Source: Oscillatoriales cyanobacterium (lineage in GTDB: Bacteria > Cyanobacteriota > Cyanobacteriia > Cyanobacteriales > Microcoleaceae). Taken from it: 64,000 nt of DNA. The position numbers and the translations under genes are program-made. The notes under the pieces are model-generated. The model was not told the DNA's origin. It did no database searches and was given only the letters and a program-made list of their open reading frames with translations. Positions 8,943-20,348 of the stretch are shown in pieces. Position 1 is the stretch's first letter; each line of letters begins with the position of its first letter. The stretch covers positions 7,673 through 71,672 of the forward strand of contig RDXX01000023.1 of the NCBI GenBank assembly GCA_004292955.1, written 5' to 3'.

Positions 8943-10038
8943 TGGCAGAGATAGCTGGTAGTCGGAATCCAAACAAAGCACCTAAAGGCAATTTGTTTTC
9001 TGCCCAAATTATACCGCCGTGGGCGTCAATAATTTGGCGAGATAAGTATAACCCCAATCCCGATCCTTTGGCTTGCCGATCGCCATTTCCTTGATAAAAA
9101 CGCTCGAACAAGTGGGGCAGCTCATCGCTAGTAATTCCCAACCCGCTATCGATAACTTTCACCACCTGATCGGTTGCGTAAGATTCCATGACTATTTCTA
9201 CTTTACCACCTCGGGGAGAATGGTTGATCGCGTTTGTTAGCAAATTAACAAAAACGCGCTGGAGTTGCACTTCATCGCCGTTTACCCACAAAGAACGGCG
9301 AAAGTCAGACTCTCCGTAACTTATACTAATATAAACTCGGCGCGCTGCCGATAAATGGATGAGTGTGGCAATTACTTCTTCTGCTAAAGCTGCTAAATTT
9401 ACGGGCGCAAGTTGCAGTTTTAAACCTTCGGCATCGTTGCGGTAAACATCCAGCAGCGTTTCTACTAATTGTAGTGACATTTTTTGCGATCGCGCCATTG
9501 TTTCGAGAACTTTTTGTTGGCTGGTAGTCACTTCCCCAAAGTTTGCTCCCTGAAAAGCTTTGATTGTTTCAATTGCACCCAGCATCGGCGTTTTCAAGTC
9601 GTGACTCAAAGTAGAGACAAAATCCTCTCGGATGCTGGCTAGCTGCTGCTGAGACTGCAACTGCGCTTTGGCGATCGCGATCGCTTCTTGATACTGCTGG
9701 GTGCGATCGCTCAAATATCCCGTGACTCCCAAGGCCATAACTGCGATCGCCCTATTTGCAACAGTCGCTAGGGCGATCGTTTCTCCATAGGGAACAAACA
9801 AGTTCAACAGCGTCAATGCTGCTGCTAACAGCGTAATTTGCAACTTTCCCAACCGACTCAACCGCGAATTTGCCAGTAAAATCGGCCCTGTATACAAATA
9901 CCCAAACAGATATTCTGACGGCGTGGTAAATTCCAGTGCTATAACGATCGCGAATAAAATTGCGATCGACCACCTTCCGCGCAAATACTTTTCTTGAAAC
10001 ACCAAAATTTTGGGAATTTTCAATAAGCTGTCAAACAT
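8932..10038 (-). CDS. Membrane sensor histidine kinase (Hik20-like)
   Basis: N-terminal TM helices, H-box LSHDLKTP, N-box NLLTNAI, G-boxes DSGLGI and GSGLGL. Confidence 0.92.
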   Translation of the reverse strand: MFDSLLKIPKILVFQEKYLRGRWSIAILFAIVIALEFTTPSEYLFGYLYTGPILLANSRLSRLGKLQITLLAAALTLLNLFVPYGETIALATVANRAIAVMALGVTGYLSDRTQQYQEAIAIAKAQLQSQQQLASIREDFVSTLSHDLKTPMLGAIETIKAFQGANFGEVTTSQQKVLETMARSQKMSLQLVETLLDVYRNDAEGLKLQLAPVNLAALAEEVIATLIHLSAARRVYISISYGESDFRRSLWVNGDEVQLQRVFVNLLTNAINHSPRGGKVEIVMESYATDQVVKVIDSGLGITSDELPHLFERFYQGNGDRQAKGSGLGLYLSRQIIDAHGGIIWAENKLPLGALFGFRLPAISANET

Positions 10039-10393
10039 CTCTAATTAATCCATTTTAAGCTTGTAAAATATCAACCAATACAGTTAACTTAAAAACAATC
10101 TGATTTATGGAAAATGCCTGCATCGCCTATAAAATCGCGATCGTAAATTCGTCAAAAAGCGTTAAGTAAACCGTATTAAAATATCAACTACATTTTGGCG
10201 CAAAAAACAGCGTTTAGACAGCATTTATACCTGGAAGTATAGATTTAATACATTGGCTAAACATTCGCCTATCAGTAAAAGTATAGGTAAAAAAAGCATA
10301 ATTTATAAACAGTAACTTATACCTTAAGACAGATTATCAACAACCCCAAACCTCAGTAAAGTAATCACTAAACGAGGAATTTTTAACACACTT

Positions 10394-12154
10394 ATGTTAC
10401 AAGGCTTAATTCAAATTGCATTAACCCTAATCATTTTAATCGCGATCGCGCCCGTGTTCGGCAACTACATGGCACGGGTGTACATGGGAGAACGAACCAT
10501 TCTCGACCCCGCAATTAAACCACTAGAACAACTCATCTATAAAGCCAGCAATATTCGGTCTGTAGATTCCATGACAGGCTGGCAGTATGCCCGATCGCTA
10601 TTATACAGCAATGCAGCAATGGGCATATTTGTATTCTTGATTTTCATGCTTCAGGGACTGCTGCCTTTAAATCCCACCAGCCTCAGCGCACCAACCTGGG
10701 ATACCGCGCTGCATACAACTATTTCATTCCTCACAAATACCGACCAACAACATTACTCAGGCGAGACAACATTCAGTTATTTATCCCAGTTAACCCTGGG
10801 TTTTTTAATGTTCACCTCAGCAGCCACGGGTTTAGCAGTAGGAATTGCCTTTATTCGGGGACTGACAGGTCGCCCCCTCGGCAACTTTTATATCGATTTA
10901 ATTCAATCTATCACCCGGATTCTGCTGCCACTTTCTTTGATAATTGGCTTGTGCTTACTAATTTCTGGAGTGCCGGAAACCCTAGCCGGCCCAGCAGTTG
11001 CGCGTACCTTAGAAGGCGGCACGCAAGTAATTGCTCGCGGCCCAGTAGCTCACTTTGAAAGCATCAAACAACTGGGAGAAAACGGCGGCGGATTCTTTGC
11101 CATTAACTCGGCTCACCCTTTTGAAAATCCCAACCCTTTTACTAACCTGCTGGAAACACTAGCAATGGTTTCTATACCAGCAGCACTAATTCACACCTAC
11201 GGCAGATTTGCTAACAATAAAAAGCAGGGATGGCTGATTTTTGGGATGGTGTTTGCCATCTATGTAATTTTGATCGGCATTGCAGCAGTTGGCGAATATC
11301 AAGGCAATCCCCAAATTAATAGTTTGCTCGGTTCCGTGCAACCAAACTTAGAAGGGAAAGAAGTTAGATTCGGTTGGGCAGAAACTGTACTTTGGGCTGT
11401 CACTACGACTGGGACAATGTGCGGGGCTGTCAACGGAATGCACGATTCTTTAATGCCGCCAGGGGGTTTTGCTACTTTATTTAACTTGTTTCTCCAAATT
11501 GTTTGGGGCGGACAGGGAACGGGAACGGCTTACTTATTTATTTACTCCATTTTGAGCGTATTTCTCACCGGATTGATGGTGGGGAGAACGCCGGAATTTT
11601 TGGGACGAAAAATTGAAAAGCGGGAAATTGTTTTAGCTAGCGTTGTTTTGTTGATTCACCCGATCGCAGTTTTAATCCCCGGCGCGATTACCCTCGCCTT
11701 TCCCGACAGCTTGAGCGGCATCAGCAACCCAGAATTTCACGGCATTTCGCAGGTGATGTACGAATACGCTTCAGCGGCGGCTAATAACGGTTCTGGCTTT
11801 GAAGGATTGGGCGATTCTCAACCCGCGCCGACAGGACTTTGGTGGAATTTAAGCACTTGTTTTAGCTTGCTGATGGGGCGCTACGTTCCAATTATTGCCT
11901 TGCTGCTGTTAGCTGACAGCATGACGAACAAACAACTGGTTCCTGAAACAACCGGAACACTGAGAACAGATTCGATTTTGTTCACCAGCGTCACCGCAGG
12001 AGTAATCATCATTTTGGGCGCGCTGACATTTTTCCCAGTCCTAGCTTTAGGGCCGATCGCAGAAGGATATGAAATCAGCAGCGGCAAGTTTGAAGCCGCA
12101 CCCGTAACTGCACCCACAACACCTTTAGCAACACCAACTGCTCAACCTCAATAG
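10394..12154 (+). CDS. kdpA: K+-transporting ATPase subunit A
   Basis: [37 protein letters not shown] motifs. Confidence 0.97.
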   Translation: MLQGLIQIALTLIILIAIAPVFGNYMARVYMGERTILDPAIKPLEQLIYKASNIRSVDSMTGWQYARSLLYSNAAMGIFVFLIFMLQGLLPLNPTSLSAPTWDTALHTTISFLTNTDQQHYSGETTFSYLSQLTLGFLMFTSAATGLAVGIAFIRGLTGRPLGNFYIDLIQSITRILLPLSLIIGLCLLISGVPETLAGPAVARTLEGGTQVIARGPVAHFESIKQLGENGGGFFAINSAHPFENPNPFTNLLETLAMVSIPAALIHTYGRFANNKKQGWLIFGMVFAIYVILIGIAAVGEYQGNPQINSLLGSVQPNLEGKEVRFGWAETVLWAVTTTGTMCGAVNGMHDSLMPPGGFATLFNLFLQIVWGGQGTGTAYLFIYSILSVFLTGLMVGRTPEFLGRKIEKREIVLASVVLLIHPIAVLIPGAITLAFPDSLSGISNPEFHGISQVMYEYASAAANNGSGFEGLGDSQPAPTGLWWNLSTCFSLLMGRYVPIIALLLLADSMTNKQLVPETTGTLRTDSILFTSVTAGVIIILGALTFFPVLALGPIAEGYEISSGKFEAAPVTAPTTPLATPTAQPQ

Positions 12155-12228
12155 CTAAAAACATCAACCTCACTATTCTCTTTCTCTGCGTTCTCTGCGT
12201 CCTCTGCGGTTCATTAAAATTCCAAATT

Positions 12229-14334
12229 ATGGCTACTTCCAATACCCCCGATTCCCCAAAAAATCCCCGTTCCAGAGGCTCTCGCGAGTCTCGCAAACAT
12301 ACGCCAAAAGCAAATACTAAAGGCCTTTATCAAAGAGCTTTCAAAGAAGCTTTTATCAAACTAGATCCTCGGGTGATGCTGAAAAACCCGGTGATGTTTG
12401 TGGTATGGGTAGGCACAATTGTGACTGCATTATTAACGATCGACCCCACGCTGTTCGGCCCGGTTCCCGGCAAAAATCAGGTAGTTTTCAACGGTTTAGT
12501 CACGTTTATTTTGTTCTTCACCTTAGTATTTGCTAATTTTGCAGAAGCGGTAGCCGAAGGGCGCGGGAAAGCGCAAGCGGATGCACTGCGATCGACAAAA
12601 GCAGATACCACAGCCCGCAAACTCTTACCAGACGGTTCAATTCAAGAAGTTAGTTCGACATCCCTGAGACGCGGCGACCAAATTAAAGTGATCGCAGGCG
12701 ATGTCATTCCTTCCGACGGCGAAGTGATCGCAGGTGTCGCATCCGTAGACGAATCTGCGATCACCGGGGAATCCGCGCCAGTGCTTAAGGAACCGGGTTC
12801 GGACATCGCCAGTTCCGTCACCGGCGGTACGCGCATCCTTTCTGACGAACTGACGCTGCGGGTGATGGCCGACCCCGGTAAGGGGTTTTTGGACAGGATG
12901 ATCGCGCTGGTGGAGGGCGCTGAACGCTCGAAAACGCCGAACGAGATCGCGCTGACGGTACTGCTGGCGGTGCTGACTCTGGTGTTTTTGATTGTGGTAT
13001 CAACGATTCCGCCGATCGGCAATTATGTAAAAACTCCTGTGGGCGTGGTAACGCTGATTTCGCTGCTGGTGGCGCTGATCCCGACAACGATCGGCGGTTT
13101 GTTAAGTGCGATCGGCATTGCGGGGATGGATCGCGTCGCTCAATTTAACGTGATAGCGACCTCTGGGCGGGCCGTGGAGGCTTGCGGCGACGTGAATACG
13201 CTGATTTTGGACAAAACGGGAACGATTACGCTGGGCAACCGTTTAGCCGAGGAGTTCATCCCGGTAAACGGTCATTCGCTGCAAGAAGTGGCGCAGGTAG
13301 CGCTGACTGCGAGCGTTTTTGACGATACTCCCGAGGGAAAGTCGATCGTCCGTTTGGCTCAGAATTTGGGCGCACAGGTGGAGTTCGATCGCACCAACTC
13401 CCAAGGATCTGAAGGCATTGATTTTTCCGCAAAAACGCGGATGTCTGGTACGGACTTACCCGACGGTACGGAAGTTCGCAAGGGTGCGGTGGATGCGGTT
13501 AAAGGTTTTGTGCGATCGCGCGGCGGCAATTTCGGCCCGGATCTCGATGAAGCTTACGAGCGAGTTTCGCGATTTGGAGGCACACCCTTAGGCGTTTGTC
13601 AAGGTAGCGACACCTACGGAATTATCTATTTGAAAGATGTGATTAAACCCGGGATTCGCGATCGGTTTGACCAACTGCGAAAAATGGGAATTCGCACCAT
13701 CATGCTCACCGGAGATAACCGAATTACAGCATCAGTAATTGCCGACGAAGCCGGAGTAGACGACTTCATCGCCGAAGCAACTCCCGAAGACAAAATCGAA
13801 GTAATTCGCAAGCAACAAGCCGAAGGTAAATTAGTAGCAATGACGGGAGACGGAACCAACGACGCACCCGCCCTAGCCCAAGCAAACGTAGGTTTGGCGA
13901 TGAATTCCGGAACCCAAGCGGCGAAGGAAGCTGCAAACATGGTGGACTTAGATTCTGACCCCACAAAACTGATTGACTTAGTGACAATTGGCAAACAATT
14001 GCTAATTACTCGCGGCGCGCTGACTACGTTTTCGCTAGCCAACGACATCGCCAAATACTTCGCAATTATTCCCGCAATGTTTGCTCCCGTCGGCGCTTTA
14101 AACATCATGGGTTTAGCCAGCGGTCAATCGGCGGTTTTGTCAGCATTAGTTTACAATGCTTTGATTATTCCCGCTTTGATTCCCCTGGCACTAACTGGTG
14201 TCAAATTTAGACCACTAAGTGCCAATCAACTGTTGCAGCGGAACATTTTAATCTACGGATTGGGCGGAGCAGTTGCGCCGTTTATCGCCATCAAAATTAT
14301 TGATGTTTTCATTGCTGCGATCGGGTTAGCATAA
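12229..14334 (+). CDS. kdpB: K+-transporting ATPase subunit B (P-type ATPase)
   Basis: DKTGT phosphorylation site, [16 protein letters not shown]. Confidence 0.98.
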   Translation: MATSNTPDSPKNPRSRGSRESRKHTPKANTKGLYQRAFKEAFIKLDPRVMLKNPVMFVVWVGTIVTALLTIDPTLFGPVPGKNQVVFNGLVTFILFFTLVFANFAEAVAEGRGKAQADALRSTKADTTARKLLPDGSIQEVSSTSLRRGDQIKVIAGDVIPSDGEVIAGVASVDESAITGESAPVLKEPGSDIASSVTGGTRILSDELTLRVMADPGKGFLDRMIALVEGAERSKTPNEIALTVLLAVLTLVFLIVVSTIPPIGNYVKTPVGVVTLISLLVALIPTTIGGLLSAIGIAGMDRVAQFNVIATSGRAVEACGDVNTLILDKTGTITLGNRLAEEFIPVNGHSLQEVAQVALTASVFDDTPEGKSIVRLAQNLGAQVEFDRTNSQGSEGIDFSAKTRMSGTDLPDGTEVRKGAVDAVKGFVRSRGGNFGPDLDEAYERVSRFGGTPLGVCQGSDTYGIIYLKDVIKPGIRDRFDQLRKMGIRTIMLTGDNRITASVIADEAGVDDFIAEATPEDKIEVIRKQQAEGKLVAMTGDGTNDAPALAQANVGLAMNSGTQAAKEAANMVDLDSDPTKLIDLVTIGKQLLITRGALTTFSLANDIAKYFAIIPAMFAPVGALNIMGLASGQSAVLSALVYNALIIPALIPLALTGVKFRPLSANQLLQRNILIYGLGGAVAPFIAIKIIDVFIAAIGLA

Positions 14335-14483
14335 AAAACTTCGACTACCGATTCGCAGGGCGGATGTAACGGATGACTCTTCCCGGCTCTGCCTGGGAAC
14401 GCATATCCAGAGGCTATGCCTCGATTTTCCCACAAAAAATCTAAGAGAAAGACAGATATTTAGTTCCCAACAAAGGAGAATTC

Positions 14484-14753
14484 ATGAAACGGAATGATTT
14501 GCTGAATGATGTTTTACCCAGAGACTTTCAAGAAACAATTGAGTTAGCGAAAATGCTGCGATCGCGCCACCCAATCCCGGTGCAGCTATTTCTGGTAATG
14601 TGCTTTAACTTGATAATTGCACCCGCGGTTTATGCGGCTGCGGATGAAGGTTTGACCAAAAAAGCGGCGTGGGGTTTAAGTCTTTTGGGTTTAGTAATTA
14701 TTGGGCTAGCAGTTTATTTGTTTGTCGTGATTTTTCAGCCAGAAAGATTTTAG
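14484..14753 (+). CDS. Small hydrophobic Kdp accessory subunit (cyanobacterial KdpG / extended KdpF)
   Basis: Between kdpB and kdpC; two hydrophobic segments; C-terminus YLFVVIFQPERF resembles KdpF. Confidence 0.75.
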   Translation: MKRNDLLNDVLPRDFQETIELAKMLRSRHPIPVQLFLVMCFNLIIAPAVYAAADEGLTKKAAWGLSLLGLVIIGLAVYLFVVIFQPERF

Positions 14754-14915
14754 GCATTTCCATTGTCAACCTTAGAAACCGGGTTTTTTACCGAATCTGG
14801 CGGCTAAACCAAATATTTTCGCAAAAATCCGGTTTCGGGCATCCAGTTTTTCATGACATCCGTTACACAATCCGTTACACAATCCGTTGCCGAACTTCCT
14901 TCATTGAGGTCATGT

Positions 14916-15542
14916 ATGAGAGAATTAATCAGAGCTATTCGCGTTACTTTAGTTTTGTGGGGAATCACAGCGATTATTTATCCCTTAATCCTGCTCGCAA
15001 TCGGTCAACTTGCTTTCAATTCCCAAGCAAACGGCAGTTTAATTACCAACCAAGGAGTTGTAGTCGGCTCATCGTTAATCGGTCAGTCTTTCGGCTCGGA
15101 TAAATATTTTTGGGGTCGCCCCAGTACCACAAATTACAGCAGCTTTGCGGCAATAGATTACGACCCCACAAAGGCAGAAAATTTAAGTCAGAGAACGGGC
15201 GTTTCGGGAGCGAGCAATCTTGCTCCTAGCAACTCGGATCTGGTGAAGCGAGGTAATGAAAAAGATGGTTTTCAGGGGGTAGAAGTTGAGTTGGCTCGCC
15301 TCAATTTAGTTGGTATCAAACCGACTGCGGATTTAGTTTACACTTCCGGTTCTAGCCTCGACCCGCACATTAGCGTAGAATCAGCTCGATCGCAAATTGA
15401 ACGGGTAGCAAAAGTGCGATCGGTCAATCTCAATCAAGTCGAAATGTTAGTAGCCAAAAATACAGATAGCAGATTTCTCGGTATTTTCGGCGAACCGGGA
15501 GTTAACGTCCTCAAACTAAATGTGGCTCTCGACGGTTTATAA
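14916..15542 (+). CDS. kdpC: K+-transporting ATPase subunit C
   Basis: QANGSLI...GSSLIGQ...YFWGRPS, SGASNL, TSGSSLDPHIS; likely start MRELIR at 14916 (ORF track 14853). Confidence 0.95.
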   Translation: MRELIRAIRVTLVLWGITAIIYPLILLAIGQLAFNSQANGSLITNQGVVVGSSLIGQSFGSDKYFWGRPSTTNYSSFAAIDYDPTKAENLSQRTGVSGASNLAPSNSDLVKRGNEKDGFQGVEVELARLNLVGIKPTADLVYTSGSSLDPHISVESARSQIERVAKVRSVNLNQVEMLVAKNTDSRFLGIFGEPGVNVLKLNVALDGL

Positions 15543-15660
15543 TACTCTGTGGTCAGTAGTCAGCAGTCAGTAGTGAATAGTCATTAGTCATTAGTCATTA
15601 GTCAGGTAGGGGCGGTGCCCCATGCCCGCCCTCTTAGTAGTCATTGGTAATCGGTAATTG

Positions 15661-15750
15661 ACTGTCAACCGTCAACCGTCAACTGTCAACTATCAACTGC
15701 CAACTGCCAACTGCCAACTGTCAACTGTCAACTGTCAACTGCCAACTGCG
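15661..15750. repeat. Heptamer tandem array (AACTGTC/AACTGCC)n
   Basis: Seen directly; abuts the kdpD ATG. Confidence 0.9.
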
Positions 15751-16893
15751 ATGATTCACTCTAGCGAACTCAGTAACAATTCCGACGCAATTTACGCCCA
15801 ACCAAATCGCGGTTACGATCGCCCTCACCGCCGGGGAAAGCACAAAATCTTTATCGGAATGGCCCCCGGTGTCGGCAAAACTTTCCGAATGCTGGAAGAA
15901 GGGCACAGACTCAAATCTGAAGGCATTGATGTCGCCGTTGGACTGTTAGAAACTCACGGGCGGAAAGAGACAGCAGCTAAAGGCGAAGGACTAGAAATAG
16001 TCCCGCGAAAAGAAATGCTGCACGGCGAAAAAGCACTTACCGAAATGGATACTGAAGCCCTAATAGTACGCCGCCCTCAACTAGCATTAGTAGACGAACT
16101 GGCTCATACAAACGTTCCCGGTTCTCTGCGAGAAAAACGATATCAAGATGTCGAAGAAATTCTGAAAGCAGGGATAGATGTTTTCTCTACCCTCAACATT
16201 CAACACATAGAAAGTCTCAACGATTTAGTAGCGAGAATTACGGGAGTTGTAGTGCGAGAGCGAGTACCCGATCGCATTCTCGAAGAAGCTGACGAAATAG
16301 TCGTTATTGATGTCACGCCCGAAACCTTAGAAGAACGGTTGCGAGAAGGCAAAATCTACGCTCCTGAAAAAATAGAACAATCTTTAAAAAACTTTTTCCA
16401 GCGCCGTCATTTAATCGCATTGCGAGAACTGGCGCTGCGGGAGGTAGCAGATAGTGTTGAAGACGATGCAGCAACTTTAAAAGGTCAATCTTGCAACATT
16501 CACGAACGAGTTTTAGTATGCGTATCGACTTTTCCTAATTCCTTGCAACTGCTGCGGCGGGGTGCAAGGCTGGCGAACTACATGAATGCCCCATTTTATG
16601 CTTTGTTTGTGGATGCTCCCGATCGCTTCTTAACAAAATCCGAAAGCTTGCACGTTGAAACTTGCCAGAAGCTTTGCCAAGAATTTAACGGCCAATTTCT
16701 GCGGGTGGAAAGTCCGAATATCGCACAAGCAATTTCTGAGGTAGCTAAACAGTATCGGATTACTCAAATTGTGATCGGCGAAAGCCAGCAATCACGCTGG
16801 AAATTGCTGTTTCGGGGTTCTTTGACTCAACAGTTAGTGCGATCGCTCAAACACGTAGATTTGCACATCATCTCTACGGAAAAAAGTCGGTAG
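15751..16893 (+). CDS. kdpD: Truncated KdpD (N-terminal KdpD domain plus USP domain, no kinase domain)
   Basis: RGKHKIFIGMAPGVGKT, LVDELAHTN, TLNIQHIESLND; start at 15751 because the upstream extension is a heptamer array. Confidence 0.92.
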   Translation: MIHSSELSNNSDAIYAQPNRGYDRPHRRGKHKIFIGMAPGVGKTFRMLEEGHRLKSEGIDVAVGLLETHGRKETAAKGEGLEIVPRKEMLHGEKALTEMDTEALIVRRPQLALVDELAHTNVPGSLREKRYQDVEEILKAGIDVFSTLNIQHIESLNDLVARITGVVVRERVPDRILEEADEIVVIDVTPETLEERLREGKIYAPEKIEQSLKNFFQRRHLIALRELALREVADSVEDDAATLKGQSCNIHERVLVCVSTFPNSLQLLRRGARLANYMNAPFYALFVDAPDRFLTKSESLHVETCQKLCQEFNGQFLRVESPNIAQAISEVAKQYRITQIVIGESQQSRWKLLFRGSLTQQLVRSLKHVDLHIISTEKSR

Positions 16894-17115
16894 TTATTGG
16901 GCATGGGGCATGGGGCATAGGGCATAGGGCATAGGGCATTAGTTATTTGTCTTAGGTTTGGTGTTTGTTGTTGTTTCTAATAACTAATAACTCATAACTA
17001 ATAACTCATAAATATAACTTTCGGAGGATAGCAGACTCTAGCTGGTGGCGGATGTGCCAGAAGCTTTTATCTGTCAAGATTGCACTTGTTAAAGCTGATT
17101 AAAAGTGCGATCGCT

Positions 17116-18354
17116 ATGGTAGATCATTACATTCTAAATTTGCTAGTGATTGGCATCCTCCTGCTCACCGTCACCTTGGGCTCCGGATGGATTTCGCGAT
17201 TGCCGGTATCTTATGCCTTAATTTATCTAATTGTCGGTATCGGATTGGGGCCCTACGGCGTCAAGCTGGTTGAATTGCGCCCCGATGCTCAATTTTTAGA
17301 AAGACTCACAGAATTTGTAGTTATTGTGTCTCTGTTTAGTTGCGGCTTAAAAATGAATCGCCCGCTACAACTTTGGGCCTGGAATTCCACCGCGCGGCTG
17401 CTCGGTTTTTTAATGCCGATTTCGATTTTTGCTGTTGCTGCGATCGCTCATTGGTTTGTGAAATTAGATTGGGGCCCTGCCATTTTACTAGGAGCAATTC
17501 TGGCACCCACAGATCCAGTTTTAGCCTCAGAAGTTCAGATAGCTGATATAGAAGATCGCGATGAATTGCGTTTTGGCTTAACATCGGAAGGCGGTTTGAA
17601 CGATGCTTTAGCTTTTCCCTTTGTTTATTTCGGCATTTATGCGCTAAAAGATAACAACTGGCCGAACTGGTTTTCGCAGTGGGTGGCAGTTGACTTGCTT
17701 TGGGCGGGTTCCGCAGGTATCGTGATGGGCATTTTAGTAGCCAAAGCCGTCACTTGGATCGATCGCCGATTGCAACGCTACAGGCCCGCCGACGAACTAA
17801 TGGAAGATTTCATCGCTCTCAGCACAATTCTGCTCACATATTCCCTCACCGAAGTAGTCAACGGCTACGGATTCCTCGCAGTTTTTGTAGCAGGAATTGT
17901 AGTGCAGCGCAGTTACCGCGACCCCGAAAAACCGCTTTCCCAACTGCACTTTACTGAGCGCATAGAAAAGTTAATGGAAGTAGGAACAATTTTAATATTG
18001 GGTTCCATGTTGCGCCTAGAAGCTCTCGTTGCACATGGAAGCTACGCCCTTTTAATAGCTGGATTGTTAATCTTTTTGATTCGGCCTGTGGGAGCTTGGA
18101 TCAGTACGATCGGCGGTCGCTTGCATCCCGCCAGTCGCTTGCTGTGCGGTTGGTTCGGCATTCGGGGCGTCGGTTCAATTTATTATCTTACCTATGCTTT
18201 CGGTCACGGTTTGAAAGGCGAAACTGCCGAGAAAATTGCCTGGATTACTTTTACTACGATCGTAATTTCTGTGATTGTGCACGGCATTAGCGCCACCCCG
18301 TTAATGAACTGGTACGAGCGGCGAATTAAACCTAAAGTACCGGATTTAATTTAA
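17116..18354 (+). CDS. Cation:proton antiporter, CPA1/NhaP-like
   Basis: LAPTDPVLAS, EGGLNDALAFPF, WFGIRGVGS; multiple TM segments; likely start MVDHY at 17116. Confidence 0.9.
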   Translation: MVDHYILNLLVIGILLLTVTLGSGWISRLPVSYALIYLIVGIGLGPYGVKLVELRPDAQFLERLTEFVVIVSLFSCGLKMNRPLQLWAWNSTARLLGFLMPISIFAVAAIAHWFVKLDWGPAILLGAILAPTDPVLASEVQIADIEDRDELRFGLTSEGGLNDALAFPFVYFGIYALKDNNWPNWFSQWVAVDLLWAGSAGIVMGILVAKAVTWIDRRLQRYRPADELMEDFIALSTILLTYSLTEVVNGYGFLAVFVAGIVVQRSYRDPEKPLSQLHFTERIEKLMEVGTILILGSMLRLEALVAHGSYALLIAGLLIFLIRPVGAWISTIGGRLHPASRLLCGWFGIRGVGSIYYLTYAFGHGLKGETAEKIAWITFTTIVISVIVHGISATPLMNWYERRIKPKVPDLI

Positions 18355-18385
18355 TTCACAGGACTAACACACCAAGCAGATGAAA

Positions 18386-18447
18386 CTGGTTCTTAGTGAG
18401 GACTTCAGTCCTCAGAAATCAGGACTAAAGTCCTCACTACGAACCAG
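18386..18447. repeat. REP-like palindrome, GTAGTGAGGACTTTAGTCC family
   Basis: Related copies at 19137-19200, 20201-20248, 25503-25562, 32278-32330, 39189-39248, 44607-44670. Confidence 0.85.
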
Positions 18448-18480
18448 TTTTATTAAAGGATACAGGAGATGATCGAAGTC

Positions 18481-19107
18481 CTAACCAACTAATTTTCTCT
18501 GTATTCTCGGAGCAACTAAGCGGAGCATCATTGCTGCAACTAGCAACACTGTCAAAGGTAAATATACGATCGCCGATTTAACAATCTTGATACCGAATTC
18601 AAAGGTAAAAGCCAGCCAGAAATAGTGCATTCCAGCATTGTGTAGAATCTTCCAGGCCCGTTGACCTATCCATGCTGCCGATCGCTCAAAAGATGTTACA
18701 GTCATTGCAAACAGGAACACGTAGCCCAAGATCCCCAGAGGGTCAAACCCGGGCGACGCGCCAGAAGTGGCCCACCACAAGCCAGTCCAGGCGATCGCGT
18801 GATACGTATGCGACACAGCCATCGATAGCCCCAAATAGCGGCGATTTTTTAACAGCCACTGTGTAAATATATTGGGCCACAGCCTGCGAAGTGACGAAGC
18901 CACAAAAGCACATAGAAATAAGATACACGAAGTACGAGCAGTTGCTCGAATCGCCAACCGCATCGCTGTCTCATCAACACCGTAAATCAGCCAAATCACA
19001 GCAAGCATAATCCCAATTGTCAGCGCCGAAAAACCAACAATGCTCCATCCTTCCACAGCAAATTTACTACCTTTCATCCGTGATGAATCCTTACAATAAA
19101 TTCTCAT
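18481..19107 (-). CDS. Ferric-reductase-like (MsrQ/YedZ-like) transmembrane protein
   Basis: Six hydrophobic segments; RRYLGLSMAVSHTYH and WKILHNAGMHY heme-ligand-type His motifs. Confidence 0.65.
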   Translation of the reverse strand: MRIYCKDSSRMKGSKFAVEGWSIVGFSALTIGIMLAVIWLIYGVDETAMRLAIRATARTSCILFLCAFVASSLRRLWPNIFTQWLLKNRRYLGLSMAVSHTYHAIAWTGLWWATSGASPGFDPLGILGYVFLFAMTVTSFERSAAWIGQRAWKILHNAGMHYFWLAFTFEFGIKIVKSAIVYLPLTVLLVAAMMLRLVAPRIQRKLVG

Positions 19108-19136
19108 ATCCTGTCCGATCGAACACCATGAAAAAA

Positions 19137-19200
19137 TTGGTTCGTAGTGAGGACTTTAGTCCGCATCAAAGAGAGGGCTAAAGTCCTCACTACGAACCAA
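19137..19200. repeat. REP-like palindrome, GTAGTGAGGACTTTAGTCC family, inside a larger ATC(A/C)TGTCCG-ended shell
   Basis: Near-perfect inverted repeat seen directly. Confidence 0.8.
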
Positions 19201-19316
19201 ACCTTATGATTGCCAGTAATTAACAGGACACGAACTCAGTACATACTAAATTTAGCGATCGCCCGTGGCCGCTGTCTTGCCAAATCTTCCCAAAAATGTC
19301 CTAATCTTCCCAACCT

Positions 19317-20171
19317 TCAAAGCGCATCTCTATAAGCCTTTGGAGTAGTTTTAACCTGTTGGCGAAACACTCTGGTAAAATGACTTTGACTTTGAAATCC
19401 GACTTGGTGGCAGATTTCTACAAGTGTCAACTCCCGCAGCCGAAGCAACTGCTTTGCTCTCTCAATGCGGCATTTCATCACATACTGATGGGGTGTAAAT
19501 CCTGTAGATTGCTTGAACAAACTTGCAAAATAATGCGGACTAATCTGCACAGCACTGCTCAGATTTTCCAAACTCAAATTACCATCCAAATTTTGCTCAA
19601 TATAATTGAATACTTGCCTTAGTTGATACTTGCACAACCCGCCCGTATAGTTTTTAATTTCAGGAGTAAAAGAACAATAACGCCTCAGCAAATGCACAGC
19701 AAGCGCTGTTGCCATTGACTCTGCATACAGGCGACTGTCTGCGCCTCCGGCTGCTAATTCTTGCTTCAAAGCCAGCGCCATATGCTGAATTAACGGATCG
19801 CGTAGATGCAACTGCGGCACCAACTCAATTTTATCTGCATCCACAGAGTCAAAAGCAGCGCGCGCCAGCATTTCAGGGGCGAGAAACAGCTCAATTAATG
19901 GAACTTCGCGATCGACAAATGTTCTCGGAATAGTTTGAGTAGCAGGAATAATCGCAATATCGCCGCTGGCGTAATCTACCTCTTGCAAACTTCCATTCAA
20001 CATAAAACTCGCCCGAAAATCATTTTCAGCGATGAGAATAAAGTGGTGTTCTAAATCAGTTTCCGGCATTTCGTCAGCAGGTTCTAGCTCATAAATCAGA
20101 TTCAAACCATTCCATCCCAATTCAAAGCTAGAAAGGAGGTGCAAATGCGGTGCAGGTTCATTATCAGACAC
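19317..20171 (-). CDS. AraC-family transcriptional regulator
   Basis: C-terminal double HTH (FKQSTGFTPHQYV...GFQSQSHFTRVFRQ). Probable GTG start at 20171; the ORF-track start at 20372 reads through two repeat elements. Confidence 0.9.
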   Translation of the reverse strand: MSDNEPAPHLHLLSSFELGWNGLNLIYELEPADEMPETDLEHHFILIAENDFRASFMLNGSLQEVDYASGDIAIIPATQTIPRTFVDREVPLIELFLAPEMLARAAFDSVDADKIELVPQLHLRDPLIQHMALALKQELAAGGADSRLYAESMATALAVHLLRRYCSFTPEIKNYTGGLCKYQLRQVFNYIEQNLDGNLSLENLSSAVQISPHYFASLFKQSTGFTPHQYVMKCRIERAKQLLRLRELTLVEICHQVGFQSQSHFTRVFRQQVKTTPKAYRDAL

Positions 20172-20272
20172 AGCGAGTCTCGACTTCGAGCGACAAAAAC
20201 GGTTTGTAGTGAGGACTTTAGTCCGCAGATTTAGAGGACTAAAGTCCGAACAGTCGGGTGCATCTGGTTTTT

Positions 20273-20348
20273 GAAGAGGGCGAAGCATGACCGCATATAA
20301 GTTATTAGTTATAATCTCATATTGATTGCGGTCATGCTTCGCCCCTAC
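20273..20348. repeat. Second copy of the 76-bp REP-like doublet at 672-747
   Basis: 2 mismatches over 76 bp. Confidence 0.85.

Noticed and set aside
10162-10177. TTAAGTAAACCGTATT matching the 45366 MITE TIR
   Set aside because: No partner TIR or target-site duplication found; at most a solo remnant
10038-10393. c-di-AMP (ydaO) riboswitch upstream of kdpA
   Set aside because: No GCUGAAUC/GGAGGAAC-type conserved segments; region is AT-rich and lacks the stems
12760-13300. GC-rich patch (about 60-63% in three sampled lines) in kdpB as a foreign recombination tract
   Set aside because: Similar patches occur in other core genes and amino-acid composition can explain it
15658-15750. N-terminal extension of KdpD, and ORFs 29468..29764 and 37580..37897
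   Set aside because: Translations of heptamer arrays (e.g. MPYALCP, SLVIGHW)
17020-17075. Possible Na+/Li+ riboswitch upstream of the CPA1 antiporter
   Set aside because: Only weak hairpins; no recognisable DUF1646 or nhaA-I consensus
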